The position numbers and the translations under genes were made by a program. The notes beneath the pieces were generated by a model, which was not told the origin of the DNA, did not search any database, and saw only the letters and a list, made by a program, of their open reading frames with translations. From an uncultured Planctomycetaceae bacterium (GTDB taxonomy: Bacteria > Planctomycetota > Planctomycetia > Planctomycetales > Planctomycetaceae), in assembly GCA_963976765.1 (NCBI GenBank), contig CAXBME010000002.1, forward strand, positions 310,001 through 374,000: a DNA stretch of 64,000 bases, in the 5' to 3' direction. Positions 51,929-62,488 of this stretch are shown in pieces; position 1 is the first letter of the stretch, and each line of letters starts with the position of its first letter.

Positions 51929-54900
51929 ATTCCGGCGTCGCCGAGAATTCTGTCATTGCCGTCGCCGCCCTTAATCAGGTCGTCGCCGGACTGGCCCCGG
52001 ATGGTATCATCGCCGGTGCCGCCTTTCAGCGAGTCGTCTCCGCTGCCGCCAAGCACCTGGTCATTGTCGCGACCGCCGTCGGCGAGGTCGTCCCCACTGT
52101 TGCCGTTCAGAACGTCGTCGCCAAACCCGCCAAGCAGCGTGTCATTGCCGACGCCGCCAATGGCCGTGTCGTTGCCGAGTCCGCCAGAGACGATGTCATC
52201 TCCGTCGCCACCGTCCATCAGATCGTTGCCGATGTTGCCGAACAGGAAGTCGTTACCGGCTTCCCCGTTCAAGGTGTCATTGCCGTCGCCGCCGTCGACA
52301 CTGTCATTACCCAGACCGCCGAAGACCAGGTCATCCCCGCCGTCTCCGTTGATGCTGTCACTGTCTCGCGAACCGGTGATCGTGTCGTTGCCGGTTCCGC
52401 CGTTAAGACGCAGACGAACCTCACCAATGTTGGCATCGACAGCCGTGATGGTGTCGTTGTCAGCCTGGCCATCAATATTGAGAACCAGCGGGTTCACATC
52501 GGCCAGCGAGGTAATCGTGATGACGTCGTTATCGCTGCCACCATTGACGTTAATCGTCGTCGTCGAAGCGGCAACTGTGATCGACGCTGCTCCCTCAGCA
52601 ACTCGCAGCAATCCAGAGTTGCTGCTGACCGTGTAATTATTGACTCCAGAATCACCCTGAACCGTCAGCGTCTCGGCACCATCTGATGCCAGAATCGTGT
52701 CACTGCCGTTTCCGAGGCCGTTCCAGATAACGGTGTCGATACCCGCTCCGCCGGTGATAACGTCGTCACCACTCTGCCCGGCAATGGAATCGTCTCCATC
52801 CCCACCATCGATCGTGTCGTCACCATCACCACCGTTGATTGTGTCGTCGCCAAGACCAGACCGGATGAAGTCGTTTCCTGATGTGCCGTTGATTAAGTCA
52901 TCACCATCTGCACCAAGAATCGTGTCGTTACCAGAACCACCGTCGATGGTGTCACCTAATGCAACAAGAACGGTGGGAGTTGGAGCTGGCGGCAGCGGGT
53001 TAACAGCAGTACCGACCTGGCTGGCATTCTGGAAGAGCCAGGCTCCCCGACCAAGAGTTCCGATGACAAGAACATCGTCAACTGCATCGTAATCCATATC
53101 CCAGACTGGAACCGTCGGCAGGCTGGCATCCAATTCCACCCACATGCCCGGCACGGCAGGATCCATGACGTACACACCTCGGCGTGTTCCAACGGTCACC
53201 AGATCATTGACGCCGCTGATGTATTCGATTGTGCGAAGATCGTCGTTGATCAAGTCTCCCGTCACGTCGGTCCAGGTCGTACCGGCGTCGGTCGTCTGGA
53301 ACACCTGATTTGAGTCGATCACGAATGCAGTATTAAAGTTGGTCGAGTCGAGTACGATGTCGCGAACTCTACCACCGGGGTAAGTGGCTGCCTGAATCGG
53401 TGCTCCCGTGCCTGTCGTCCGGACAAAGACAGAATTACCTGAGCCAACGTAGAGAACGTCTGCATTTGGCGTCGCCCCCATGAACCCGCCGTAGGAAACC
53501 GCGTCGTCGCCGAAACCACCATTGACTCCAATGCTTGGCCCGACTTCCGTGACGGTGTCGCCCATATCGAAAGATTCATACGTCGAATTTGCTCCGCCGA
53601 TGATCAGTCGTGTGCCATCGACTTCGTTGACAATCACGGGAGTCGAAAACTGCGGAACAATCGCTGCACCATTACCCTGCACGGCCAGCGCGAGACCGGT
53701 AGAACTGATCACATTGTTATTTGCATCGACAACCCGTCGCCGGATCCCCAGCAGCGTCTGGGCACTGGTGTAACGGATAGACTGGTTCATCGCTGCCAGG
53801 GTAATGGTGTCAATGGCTACATCGCCACCGTCACCTTGATTAACGGTTCGCCAACTGGTGCTGCCTGCCGACTCCTGTTCCGAGGAACCAGTGTCCTGGT
53901 TCCCGGAAACGATGATGTTGGAGATCGTGTCGTAAGCGACATCGTGAATCTCCGTGATCTGTAGGCTACCATTGAGCGAGAACCAGTCACCCGAATTGTC
54001 CTGCGGGCTGGTGCGGCGATAGATGCCGCCGTCATCGCCTTCAATCAGGTCGCCATTGGCCAGAAAGACCATCTCGCGTGAGTCGGCATGCGGAGAACTG
54101 CTGCTGGCTGTTCCGCCACCGGGCGTTTGTGCGACGGAGTCGCTGTGAGTCAGATGCTCCCACTGCGGCGACGGCACGGCTCCGGTGGGTGCGACAGTGG
54201 TGTCGCCCCGGAATAGGCGACCGGTGAAATTCACAGCTCCGATGAAGTTCGGGAATGGCGTGTCCTGTCGGTCGCCGCCGACATACACGGTGTTTGGATC
54301 ATTCGGGTCGACTACGATCGAAAAGTGAATCGCACCTTGGCCACCTGGCTTATTGCGAGGGTTGAGTCCCTCATCGGCACCGCCGCCAGCATCTGGTGTC
54401 ATTGGCAGGTCCATGCGGGACCAAGCACCGCCTTGGTTATCGGTAAAACCAATGTACTGAGCCTGCCCGTTCTGCAACACCGCGATGTATAGCCGCCCGT
54501 TCGAGGCCACGGCCATTTCTGTATTGTTGTTCGACGCCGCCGAAATGATCGGGCTCAAAACGGCATCGGATGTAGAGATGTTCGTCCAGTTCACTCCGGC
54601 GTCAGTCGTCATGAAGATGCCAACGCTCTGAACGGCGGCATAAAACCGATTCGGATCAGTCGGGTCTTCAACCAGATCATGAACGCCCGTATTCGGCAGG
54701 CCACCTGTGCCAGAGATTGTCGTCCATGTGGCTCCGTTGTCCGTACTGCGGAACAATCCGCCTGTTCCACCACCGACAAAGCTCGCCGAAGCGACCAGCA
54801 GGTTACCATGCAGAACCACGCCTGATATGTTCTCGCCAGTCAGAACCGGGTCCATAATCTGCGACCAGGTGTCACCGCCGTCCTCTGACAGCAGCAGCCC

Positions 54901-56709
54901 ATCGCGATTACTACCGGTCCTTCCAAAGCTGCTGTAGGTCCCGATGCCGGCCAGAATTCGGTCCGGATTGCTCGGGTCAAGAATCATCGCCCCGATGGAC
55001 TGAGCCGTCAGATTGTCAGTCAACGACTCCCACGTCGGGACCGCTGTCGTGGCGTTCGTTGTTCGCCAGATGCCGCCGTTCGTGCCTCCGAGGTACAGGA
55101 TGTCCGCGTCAGTCGGATGTGCTGCCAGCGTATGAACGGCACCGACGACTTCGTTATTGGGCATCACGTTTTCCGTCTGCCCGTTGATGATCGGCGTCGG
55201 CCCCTGCGGCGTCCACAGGTCGTCGTTCACGATGACGACCTGCCCCTGCCCCGAAATGATGACTCCGCCCACAGGATTCGACAGGTCAACGGTGAAGAAT
55301 TCGTCAGTCTCGCTGACCATGTCTCCAACAACATCCACGGAGATCGACCGGGTGGTCACGCCTGGCGTGAATGTCAACGTGCCGCTGGTGGCGACATAAT
55401 CGTTGTTTGCGAGCGTCGCTGTCCCGTCGACTGTCGTGTAGTTGACACTTACCGATGTTGAAAACGCCCGCTGAAGTTGCACGTTGACTACAACTGAAGT
55501 CGTCCCTGCGCTGCCTTCAACAACGCTCGCCTGCACATCGATCGAAAACAACGGAGTGATATCCGACGCGATATCACCGGACTGAACGAGATCGTTGCCG
55601 GAATCGCCCAATAAACGGTCGGCCCCACCGCCACCTGAAATGGTGTCATTGCCGCTGTGTCCCCGGACAACGTCATTACCTGTCCCCAGGGGTGAAAAAC
55701 CAAAGGCATCCCCGAAGAGCGAGTCATCACCGCGGCCCCCGTAGATTGTGTCATCTCCATCATTGCCGATCCCGGTGTCATTGCCGCTTTGACCGTTGAC
55801 GATGTCGTTGCCGTCGCCGCCGAGCAGTGAGTCCCGACCGCCGCCACCGTAGGCCGTGTCGTCTCCGGCATCACCGTTGACGGTGTCGTTGCCAGCCTGG
55901 CCGTTGACGATGTCGTTGCCGTCGCCGCCGTTAACGATGTCGTTCTCTGAACCGCCGAGAATTGTGTCGTTGCCGTCGTCACCGTTCAGCAGGTCGACTC
56001 CTGACATGCCGTTAATCGAGTCGGCTCCGGCTCCGCCGTTGACAGTGTCCAGACCGTCTCCCGCGTTGATGGTGTCGTCACCGGTTCCGCCATCGACAGA
56101 ATCCTGACCATCACCGGCGTCGATGTTGTCGTTACCTGCCCCGCCGTCAATCGTGTCCTGACCGTTGCCACCGAAGATTGAATCCAGACCCGCTCCGCCA
56201 GTCACCAGATCGTTGCCGTCACCCGCGTCGATCGTGTCGCTGCCGCCTCCGCCGGTGATGACGTCGTTGCCGTCGCCGCCGTCGATCATCTCCGCGAAGT
56301 CATCGCTGCCGGTGATGACGTCGTCGCCGTCGCCCGCGTCGATCACGATCGTGCTGAGAGCACTGAATTCGGCCGCGTTCACCGGTGCGACACTGAGAGT
56401 GTTGTCCGCATCGTCGGCGAAAATATTGAGCGACGTCAGCAGACTGGCCTGGATAGACGGGATCGACTGGTACGGCTGGCCGTTGGCATCCAGCACTTCG
56501 ACGTTGCCGGTCGTCTGGTTGCGCTGCACGGTCGCGGAGTCGCCATCGTCAACAAAGATCGTCAGGTCAGTCGGACCGGTGAGGACTCCGACTGTTGTCA
56601 ACAATGTTCGCCGTTCCAGTGATTCAGTCGTCTGCTGCGACACTCGACGGTTGGTTTTCCGAGCGGGACGACGATTCTGGAAACGGGTTAACCAGTGAGA
56701 GATTCGCAC
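51586..56709 (-). CDS. RTX-repeat calcium-binding surface protein with a Calx-beta domain and a BNR/Asp-box (VPS10/GH74-like) beta-propeller region
   Basis: GTG start, [10 protein letters not shown], GGxGxD repeats and Asp-boxes SEDGGDTW, STDNGATW, TTDAGVNW, TTDAGTTW. Confidence 0.88.
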   Translation of the reverse strand: MRISHWLTRFQNRRPARKTNRRVSQQTTESLERRTLLTTVGVLTGPTDLTIFVDDGDSATVQRNQTTGNVEVLDANGQPYQSIPSIQASLLTSLNIFADDADNTLSVAPVNAAEFSALSTIVIDAGDGDDVITGSDDFAEMIDGGDGNDVITGGGGSDTIDAGDGNDLVTGGAGLDSIFGGNGQDTIDGGAGNDNIDAGDGQDSVDGGTGDDTINAGDGLDTVNGGAGADSINGMSGVDLLNGDDGNDTILGGSENDIVNGGDGNDIVNGQAGNDTVNGDAGDDTAYGGGGRDSLLGGDGNDIVNGQSGNDTGIGNDGDDTIYGGRGDDSLFGDAFGFSPLGTGNDVVRGHSGNDTISGGGGADRLLGDSGNDLVQSGDIASDITPLFSIDVQASVVEGSAGTTSVVVNVQLQRAFSTSVSVNYTTVDGTATLANNDYVATSGTLTFTPGVTTRSISVDVVGDMVSETDEFFTVDLSNPVGGVIISGQGQVVIVNDDLWTPQGPTPIINGQTENVMPNNEVVGAVHTLAAHPTDADILYLGGTNGGIWRTTNATTAVPTWESLTDNLTAQSIGAMILDPSNPDRILAGIGTYSSFGRTGSNRDGLLLSEDGGDTWSQIMDPVLTGENISGVVLHGNLLVASASFVGGGTGGLFRSTDNGATWTTISGTGGLPNTGVHDLVEDPTDPNRFYAAVQSVGIFMTTDAGVNWTNISTSDAVLSPIISAASNNNTEMAVASNGRLYIAVLQNGQAQYIGFTDNQGGAWSRMDLPMTPDAGGGADEGLNPRNKPGGQGAIHFSIVVDPNDPNTVYVGGDRQDTPFPNFIGAVNFTGRLFRGDTTVAPTGAVPSPQWEHLTHSDSVAQTPGGGTASSSSPHADSREMVFLANGDLIEGDDGGIYRRTSPQDNSGDWFSLNGSLQITEIHDVAYDTISNIIVSGNQDTGSSEQESAGSTSWRTVNQGDGGDVAIDTITLAAMNQSIRYTSAQTLLGIRRRVVDANNNVISSTGLALAVQGNGAAIVPQFSTPVIVNEVDGTRLIIGGANSTYESFDMGDTVTEVGPSIGVNGGFGDDAVSYGGFMGATPNADVLYVGSGNSVFVRTTGTGAPIQAATYPGGRVRDIVLDSTNFNTAFVIDSNQVFQTTDAGTTWTDVTGDLINDDLRTIEYISGVNDLVTVGTRRGVYVMDPAVPGMWVELDASLPTVPVWDMDYDAVDDVLVIGTLGRGAWLFQNASQVGTAVNPLPPAPTPTVLVALGDTIDGGSGNDTILGADGDDLINGTSGNDFIRSGLGDDTINGGDGDDTIDGGDGDDSIAGQSGDDVITGGAGIDTVIWNGLGNGSDTILASDGAETLTVQGDSGVNNYTVSSNSGLLRVAEGAASITVAASTTTINVNGGSDNDVITITSLADVNPLVLNIDGQADNDTITAVDANIGEVRLRLNGGTGNDTITGSRDSDSINGDGGDDLVFGGLGNDSVDGGDGNDTLNGEAGNDFLFGNIGNDLMDGGDGDDIVSGGLGNDTAIGGVGNDTLLGGFGDDVLNGNSGDDLADGGRDNDQVLGGSGDDSLKGGTGDDTIRGQSGDDLIKGGDGNDRILGDAGIDIIDGGDGDDDVDAGNGDDIVAGGDGNDTLNGMSGADTLLGGNGNDNQLGGAGVDSLYGEEGDDSLNGGSSTDQFNGGEGVDVLISPDAGEFDNNNLLIQTSVLQALALLNGF

Positions 56710-57075
56710 GACTTCGGCTCCTGTTGTGTTTCTGAAGGAAGCTGGTCGAGCGGTTCGCTTGCTGTCTCAATCACGCGAGCCACGTTTTGCCAGCTACGGC
56801 ATCCATGTGTCCTGCGGGCCACCTGCCCGCTGTGCGTTGCCGATTGCTTTGCCGCCGAAGTGAGGCTCCAGTTGCGAAAGCAGGGCATCACAGAGAACCT
56901 ACACCGAGTTTCAAGGTGAGGCGGACTTTCCTGTCAGATCGGAACCAAATGCCAGCCCGGAATCTTCGCGCGTCCCAACAATCGCTACACGCCGTTCATG
57001 CCAAACCCTCGCAGGCGGCACACTCCGAGCAAGCAGGTCAGGCTCTACCTGACGAAGCTTTCCAGCACCGGCAGG

Positions 57076-57187
57076 AACCACGAAACACACCAGATACACG
57101 AAAGCGATCTCGTGCGATTCCGGGTTCGAAATAGCGGCTACACAGCGTGGTCAGCAGGCTTTCGTAGACTCCGAGCTTTTCGTGGTT
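57076..57187. repeat. Palindromic intergenic element E (partly degenerate)
   Basis: aaccacgaaa…acgaaagc (57076-57105) versus gctttcgt…tttcgtggtt (57158-57187). The outer 10 bp and inner 8 bp are complementary. Confidence 0.65.
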
Positions 57188-57518
57188 GGTAAGTCCTCTT
57201 GAGAACGTCGCCAGGCAGAGCCCGGCCTGCGGAACGGGTTCTGAATCCTGCCGTTCCTTGCCGACTCTATTTGCCGTCTGTTACTGTTTGGTCGCTCGTC
57301 GCTGGCGGGCAGACGGCACGCTATGATCCCGCCTCTGGCTTTCAGCCAATCATTCAGATTCCCAGCCTCGACCCTCCCTCACTCGGAATCTCCGCGTAAA
57401 CCGACGTAATCAGCAAATCCGCACTGTGACCTTTCGGCCATCGCATGAAAGCTGTGACGGTTACAGTCGGGCAACAATTTTCCCAGGACTGATCCTCGCA
57501 GCACGGAACGTAGCAGTC

Positions 57519-60065
57519 ATGAGATTCTCAGCTTTGCGATCTTTGCTTCTGACGATTCTGGCAATCGTCGTTACCGCCTCCAGCCTCACGGCAACCTCTG
57601 TCTCGGCGGCGGATCCTGATCCGCTCGACTGGCCTTTCTGGCGTGGGCCCGAGATGAACGGAATTTCGCGTGAGACCGGCATCGTCGATAGCTGGTCACC
57701 CGAAGGCGAGAACCTGCTGTGGTTCAAGCCGGAGTTCGCCTCGCGGTCGACTCCAATCGTCATGAACGGCAACCTCTACTTCCTCGCGAACCTCAACCCT
57801 GGCTCGGAAGAAGAGGGCGAGAAGGTTGTCTGTGCCGACGCAGCCACGGGCGAAGTCAAATGGGAAAACAAGTTCAACGTCTTTCTGTCCGACGTTCCTG
57901 ATACTCGAGTCGCCTGGTCGAGCGTGGTTGGCGATCCGGAGACCGGCAACGTGTTTGCTCTCGGCGTTTGCGGATTATTTCAGTGCATCAACGGCGAAAC
58001 CGGCAAGACCCTGTGGAGCCATTCGCTCAGTGAAGAGTTCGGCCTGCTGAGCACCTACGGCGGACGCACCAACTTTCCGATCGTCTTCAAAGATCAGGTG
58101 ATCATCAGCTCGATCATCATTGGCTGGGGCGAGAAAGCCAAACCTCAGCACAGCTTCATCAGCTTTGACAAACGCAACGGTCAATCGGTCTGGTTCAACG
58201 GAACAGTTCCGCTGCCGGACGACACAACCTACAGCGCGCCGGTCCTGTCAGTCGTTAATGGAATGCCCGTCATGGTGTTTGGATCCGGCGACGGCGCGGT
58301 GCATGCCTTCCAGCCATCAACCGGCGTCCCTGTCTGGCGTTACGACGCGTCGCAGCGAGGAATGAACATTACGCCGGTCGTGATTGGCGACACCGTCATT
58401 TCCGGTCATAGCGAAGAGAACCTGGACAGCAGCGAAATGGGTGCTCTGTTTGCTCTCGACCTGACAAAAACAGGAGACATCACCAAGTCTGGTGAACGCT
58501 GGCGAAACCGCGAAATGTTTGTCGGCAAAAGTTCGCCCGTCGTGGTGGGAGATCGGATCTACGCAGTCGAGGACAGCGGGAACATGCTGATCGTCGATCT
58601 CAAGACCGGCGAACAGATCGGTCGAGAAAAACTCGGCACGATGGGACGAGCCAGCCTGCTTTACGCTGATGGAAAACTCTTCACCTGCGAAGGCAACGGT
58701 CGCTGGGCGATCTTCAAGATTACGGACGATGGATTGGAGCGAATTCACAAGTTGCGTCTGGACGGCGACGTGTCGGCTTCGCCGATCATTTCCCACGGCC
58801 GTCTCTACGTGACCACCGGTGCCGGTATGTACTGCATCGGTAATAAGGATGCAAAACCCGCCGCCGATCCTCGCCCGGAAGTGAAGGCTGAAGCCGCTGT
58901 CGGGTTTGACATGGAGCCCGCACACGTTCAGGTCGTGCCCACCGAATCATTATTGAAGAGTGGACCACAGGGACAACGGCAGCTTCATCACGTCCGCCTT
59001 TACAACAGTAAGGGCCAGTACCTCAAAACGTGCAAAGCTGACGAAGTTGAGTTTTCAATCAGCGGGCCTGGTTCGATCGACGCAGACGGACGGTTTACGG
59101 CTGCCAAAGAAAATTCGCACGGTGCCACGATTCTGACAGCCAAAGTCGGCAGCCTGACAGGAACGGCACGCATCCGAGCTGTGCCTGATCTTCCGTGGGA
59201 GTTCACTTTCTCCGACGGAGAAATTCCCGTCTCCTGGATCGGCGCCCGCTACCGGCACATCGCGCTCGACTTCGACCTCTACAAGAAGCTTGAAGCCGAA
59301 AACGTTCTACTGTCGCGACTTTATGTCTACTTCCGATCTGAGTTCGTCAACTTCGGGCCGACACGAGTCTTCGACAACACAACGCCACAACAGCGTTGGA
59401 CAGGTCTGCTGGATTTCTCAAACCTGACGGAGTCTGTCAAAACAGTCGACGACGCCAAAACGATTATCGATCCACTGCTGACGTCACTCAAGAAGGACGG
59501 CGTGCTGGCCGAGTGGACCTGGGAAAAAGTCGAAGGCAGCGGCCCTCGACTGACGGTTAAACGCGGTGCCGACAAAGTCTCCGGCAACGGTGTCATGTGC
59601 AAAATCACAACGATTCCAAAAGGTGCCCGCAGCCAGGGATGGATGGGACGTACCAATCTTTCAAACTACACAATTCAGGCCGACGTCTACAGTGCCGAAA
59701 GAAACAACAAACTCGGCGACGCCGGCGTGATTGGACAGCGTTACCGCCTCGACCTGATGGGAGCCGCGCAGGAGCTGAAACTCATCTCGTGGATTTCGCA
59801 CGAAGAGAAGTATCACTCCGTGCCGTTCGAGTGGAAACCTGACACCTGGTACACCCTGAAACTCAACGCCAGCCTCACTGAAAAGGACGGCGAGAAGATC
59901 GCGGTCCTGAAGGGAAAATGCTGGCCACGAGACGGCAAAGAGCCTGAAGAATGGACAATTAACTGGGAAGACCATCCTGCGAATGAAGTCGGTAGTCCCG
60001 GACTTTTTGGAAATGCCAAGGACGCGGAAGTTTTCTTTGACAACGTTAAGGTTTCAAACAATTAG
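57519..60065 (+). CDS. Secreted PQQ-like beta-propeller repeat protein with C-terminal beta-sandwich domains
   Basis: Signal peptide, DWPFWRGP and repeated DAxTGxxxW-type motifs. Confidence 0.82.
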   Translation: MRFSALRSLLLTILAIVVTASSLTATSVSAADPDPLDWPFWRGPEMNGISRETGIVDSWSPEGENLLWFKPEFASRSTPIVMNGNLYFLANLNPGSEEEGEKVVCADAATGEVKWENKFNVFLSDVPDTRVAWSSVVGDPETGNVFALGVCGLFQCINGETGKTLWSHSLSEEFGLLSTYGGRTNFPIVFKDQVIISSIIIGWGEKAKPQHSFISFDKRNGQSVWFNGTVPLPDDTTYSAPVLSVVNGMPVMVFGSGDGAVHAFQPSTGVPVWRYDASQRGMNITPVVIGDTVISGHSEENLDSSEMGALFALDLTKTGDITKSGERWRNREMFVGKSSPVVVGDRIYAVEDSGNMLIVDLKTGEQIGREKLGTMGRASLLYADGKLFTCEGNGRWAIFKITDDGLERIHKLRLDGDVSASPIISHGRLYVTTGAGMYCIGNKDAKPAADPRPEVKAEAAVGFDMEPAHVQVVPTESLLKSGPQGQRQLHHVRLYNSKGQYLKTCKADEVEFSISGPGSIDADGRFTAAKENSHGATILTAKVGSLTGTARIRAVPDLPWEFTFSDGEIPVSWIGARYRHIALDFDLYKKLEAENVLLSRLYVYFRSEFVNFGPTRVFDNTTPQQRWTGLLDFSNLTESVKTVDDAKTIIDPLLTSLKKDGVLAEWTWEKVEGSGPRLTVKRGADKVSGNGVMCKITTIPKGARSQGWMGRTNLSNYTIQADVYSAERNNKLGDAGVIGQRYRLDLMGAAQELKLISWISHEEKYHSVPFEWKPDTWYTLKLNASLTEKDGEKIAVLKGKCWPRDGKEPEEWTINWEDHPANEVGSPGLFGNAKDAEVFFDNVKVSNN

Positions 60066-60122
60066 CTCGGACGGTGTTTCCGCAGCCGGACACATTCTTC
60101 TGAAACGTTCTGAAGGTGAACT

Positions 60123-61853
60123 ATGAAAAACTATACGACTCATTTCCTGTCGCTGCTCACCCTGTCGATTGGTCTCAGCACCGGACAGGCCGGGGCGGAC
60201 GACTACGACCCGACTGCCGAAATTGTCAAAGACCTGGCCAAACTGAAGGTCGGCGCTAAAGACTGGCCGCAGTGGGGTGGATGGTCCGGCAAGAACAACA
60301 CACCGGACGGTAAGAACATCCCGATCGAGTGGGACATCGAAGAAGGAACCAACATCAAGTGGTCCGCGAAGCTCGGGTCACAGACATACGGCAACCCGGT
60401 CATCGCCAACGGCAAAGTTTACGTGGGAACCAACAACGGCGCCGGCCACCTGAAACGTTACCCAAGCAACGTCGACCTCGGCTGTCTGCTTTGCTTTGAC
60501 GAAAAATCCGGCAAGTTCCTCTGGCAACATTCAAGCCCGAAACTGTCAACAGGTCGAGTTCATGACTGGCCGCTGCAGGGAGTCTGCTGCTCACCGATTA
60601 TCGACGGTGACCGGCTCTGGTTCGTCACCAGCCGCGGCGAAGTTCGCTGCCTGGACACCGAAGGGTTTCTTGACGACGAGAACGACGGCTCCTTCACTGC
60701 AGAACCCAACGAAAACAAAGACGAAGCGGACGTCATCTGGGTCTTCGACATGATGGCCAAACTGACGGTTTCACAACACAACATGTGCAGTTGCTCGGTG
60801 ACTCTGGTCGGTGACATTCTGTTGGTGAACACGTCGAACGGACTGGATGAATCTCACATCAATCTACCGTCGCCAAACGCCCCCAGCTTCATCGCTCTGG
60901 ACCGAAACACTGGCGAACTCCTGTGGAGCGATAAGTCACCCGGCAGCAACATTCTTCATGGCCAGTGGTCGTCTCCGACCGTTGCCGAATTTAACGGCCA
61001 GACACAGGTAATCTTTGCTGGCGGCGACGGCTGGGTTTACAGCTTCGACCCAAGAGGCAATGGCGACGGAAATTCGAAACTGCTGTGGAAGCTCGACGGC
61101 AATCCGAAAGATTCCAAGTGGATCCTTGGTGGCCGCGGCACTCGCAACAACATCATCGCCACACCAGTTGTTTATGACGGACTGGTTTACGTCTCTGTCG
61201 GTCAGGATCCCGAACACGGCGAAGGGATTGGCCACGTCTGGTGCATCGACCCCAATAAAAAAGGCGACGTCAGCTCGACACTCGCTAAAGACAAAAACGG
61301 CAACATCATTCCACATCGTCGTCTGCAGGCGGTTGATACGGAAGAAGGGGAAAAGATCGAACCGAACCCCAACTCGGCGGTCGTCTGGCACTACACACAG
61401 GTCGATGTCGACGGTAATGGAAAGTTTGCTTTCGAAGAAACCATGCACCGTACAATCGGCACGGCAGCTATTAAGAACGACCTGCTGTTCATCTCTGACT
61501 TCAGCGGCCTGTTCCACTGCCTCGATGCAAAGAAGATTGACGAGAAAACGACCAACGAAGACGGCACTCACCCGCCGGTCGTTTACTGGAAGTACGACAT
61601 GTTCGCCGCTGCCTGGGGATCACCGCTGATCGTCGACGGCAAGGTCTACATCGGTGACGAAGACGGCGACATTGCCATCTTCATGCTCTCTTCCGATCCG
61701 GAAGTCGCGATGCCGGACGACGAGCCGATTGTCGAGATTAACGTCGGCAACGCGGTTTACAGTTCACCAGTCGTCGCCAACGACGTGCTGTACATCGCTA
61801 ATAAGTCGACGCTTTATGCCATCTCGTCGGGAGCTAAAGCTTCGGCTGAGTAA
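60123..61853 (+). CDS. Secreted PQQ-like (BamB-type) beta-propeller repeat protein
   Basis: Signal peptide, DWPQWGG, PVIANGKVYVGT, DEKSGKFLW and SSPVVANDVLYI. GAAGG RBS. Confidence 0.85.
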   Translation: MKNYTTHFLSLLTLSIGLSTGQAGADDYDPTAEIVKDLAKLKVGAKDWPQWGGWSGKNNTPDGKNIPIEWDIEEGTNIKWSAKLGSQTYGNPVIANGKVYVGTNNGAGHLKRYPSNVDLGCLLCFDEKSGKFLWQHSSPKLSTGRVHDWPLQGVCCSPIIDGDRLWFVTSRGEVRCLDTEGFLDDENDGSFTAEPNENKDEADVIWVFDMMAKLTVSQHNMCSCSVTLVGDILLVNTSNGLDESHINLPSPNAPSFIALDRNTGELLWSDKSPGSNILHGQWSSPTVAEFNGQTQVIFAGGDGWVYSFDPRGNGDGNSKLLWKLDGNPKDSKWILGGRGTRNNIIATPVVYDGLVYVSVGQDPEHGEGIGHVWCIDPNKKGDVSSTLAKDKNGNIIPHRRLQAVDTEEGEKIEPNPNSAVVWHYTQVDVDGNGKFAFEETMHRTIGTAAIKNDLLFISDFSGLFHCLDAKKIDEKTTNEDGTHPPVVYWKYDMFAAAWGSPLIVDGKVYIGDEDGDIAIFMLSSDPEVAMPDDEPIVEINVGNAVYSSPVVANDVLYIANKSTLYAISSGAKASAE

Positions 61854-61878
61854 TTGCGGAAGACTGGCAGTAAGGCTC

Positions 61879-61925
61879 AAGCCCTGAATGATTCGGCAGA
61901 CTTGCCCACCATTCAGGGCTTTTTT
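61879..61925 (+). terminator. Intrinsic terminator after the PQQ gene pair
   Basis: 12-bp stem aagccctgaatg/cattcagggctt followed by a T-run. Confidence 0.8.
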
Positions 61926-62488
61926 CGTGCGCCGACGGATTTGCGGCTCCGCAGACACGTTCTCCTGATGCGAATGCATAATCTGGCAGGCTCCGCGAGT
62001 GTCTCGTCGACTGAGGAAAACACCTGAATTGACGGTATTCGTCTCCTGAATGCTGCGACTCCTGTGCGAGGCGATGTAAGTTTGCTACGGCAGCCAACCG
62101 TCGCCAACTCCGACGACCTGAGGATTGTTTAGAAGCGTTGTGGCGAAAAGACGTTCAGAAGCGAACGTCGACAATCAACTCGAACAGGTACCACAACTTG
62201 ATACTTCAGCTCTGCTGCGAGACCGCAGCGAGCTGAACGATCGGCGTCGGACTGCGGCCTTGTCAGACGGTTCCGTGTCGGGGATTCGCCTGACGGACTG
62301 CTGTGCCGCATGGGTGCCTGGAACTTCGACAGGCTGTTCCAGCGCCCTGCGGCAGCTTTCATTTGCCAGCTCATGACCGGTGACGGCCAACGTTCTCTCG
62401 TACCCGGTTGCGATGCTCTGCGGCAGACCATATCACTCAGAAGACGTTCCCCGCGCGGCTCTCGATTCTTTTCCGGAGTGCTCTTCTG

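Noticed and set aside
47400..56400. Regularly spaced gtcgttgccg-type repeats resembling a CRISPR or DGR array
   Set aside because: They are the coding GGxGxD RTX nonapeptides. There are no spacers, cas genes, reverse transcriptase or adenine-specific mismatches.
61930..62480. Short ORFs between the PQQ pair and the sulfatase (also 24756-25150)
   Set aside because: No RBS, motif or compositional support.
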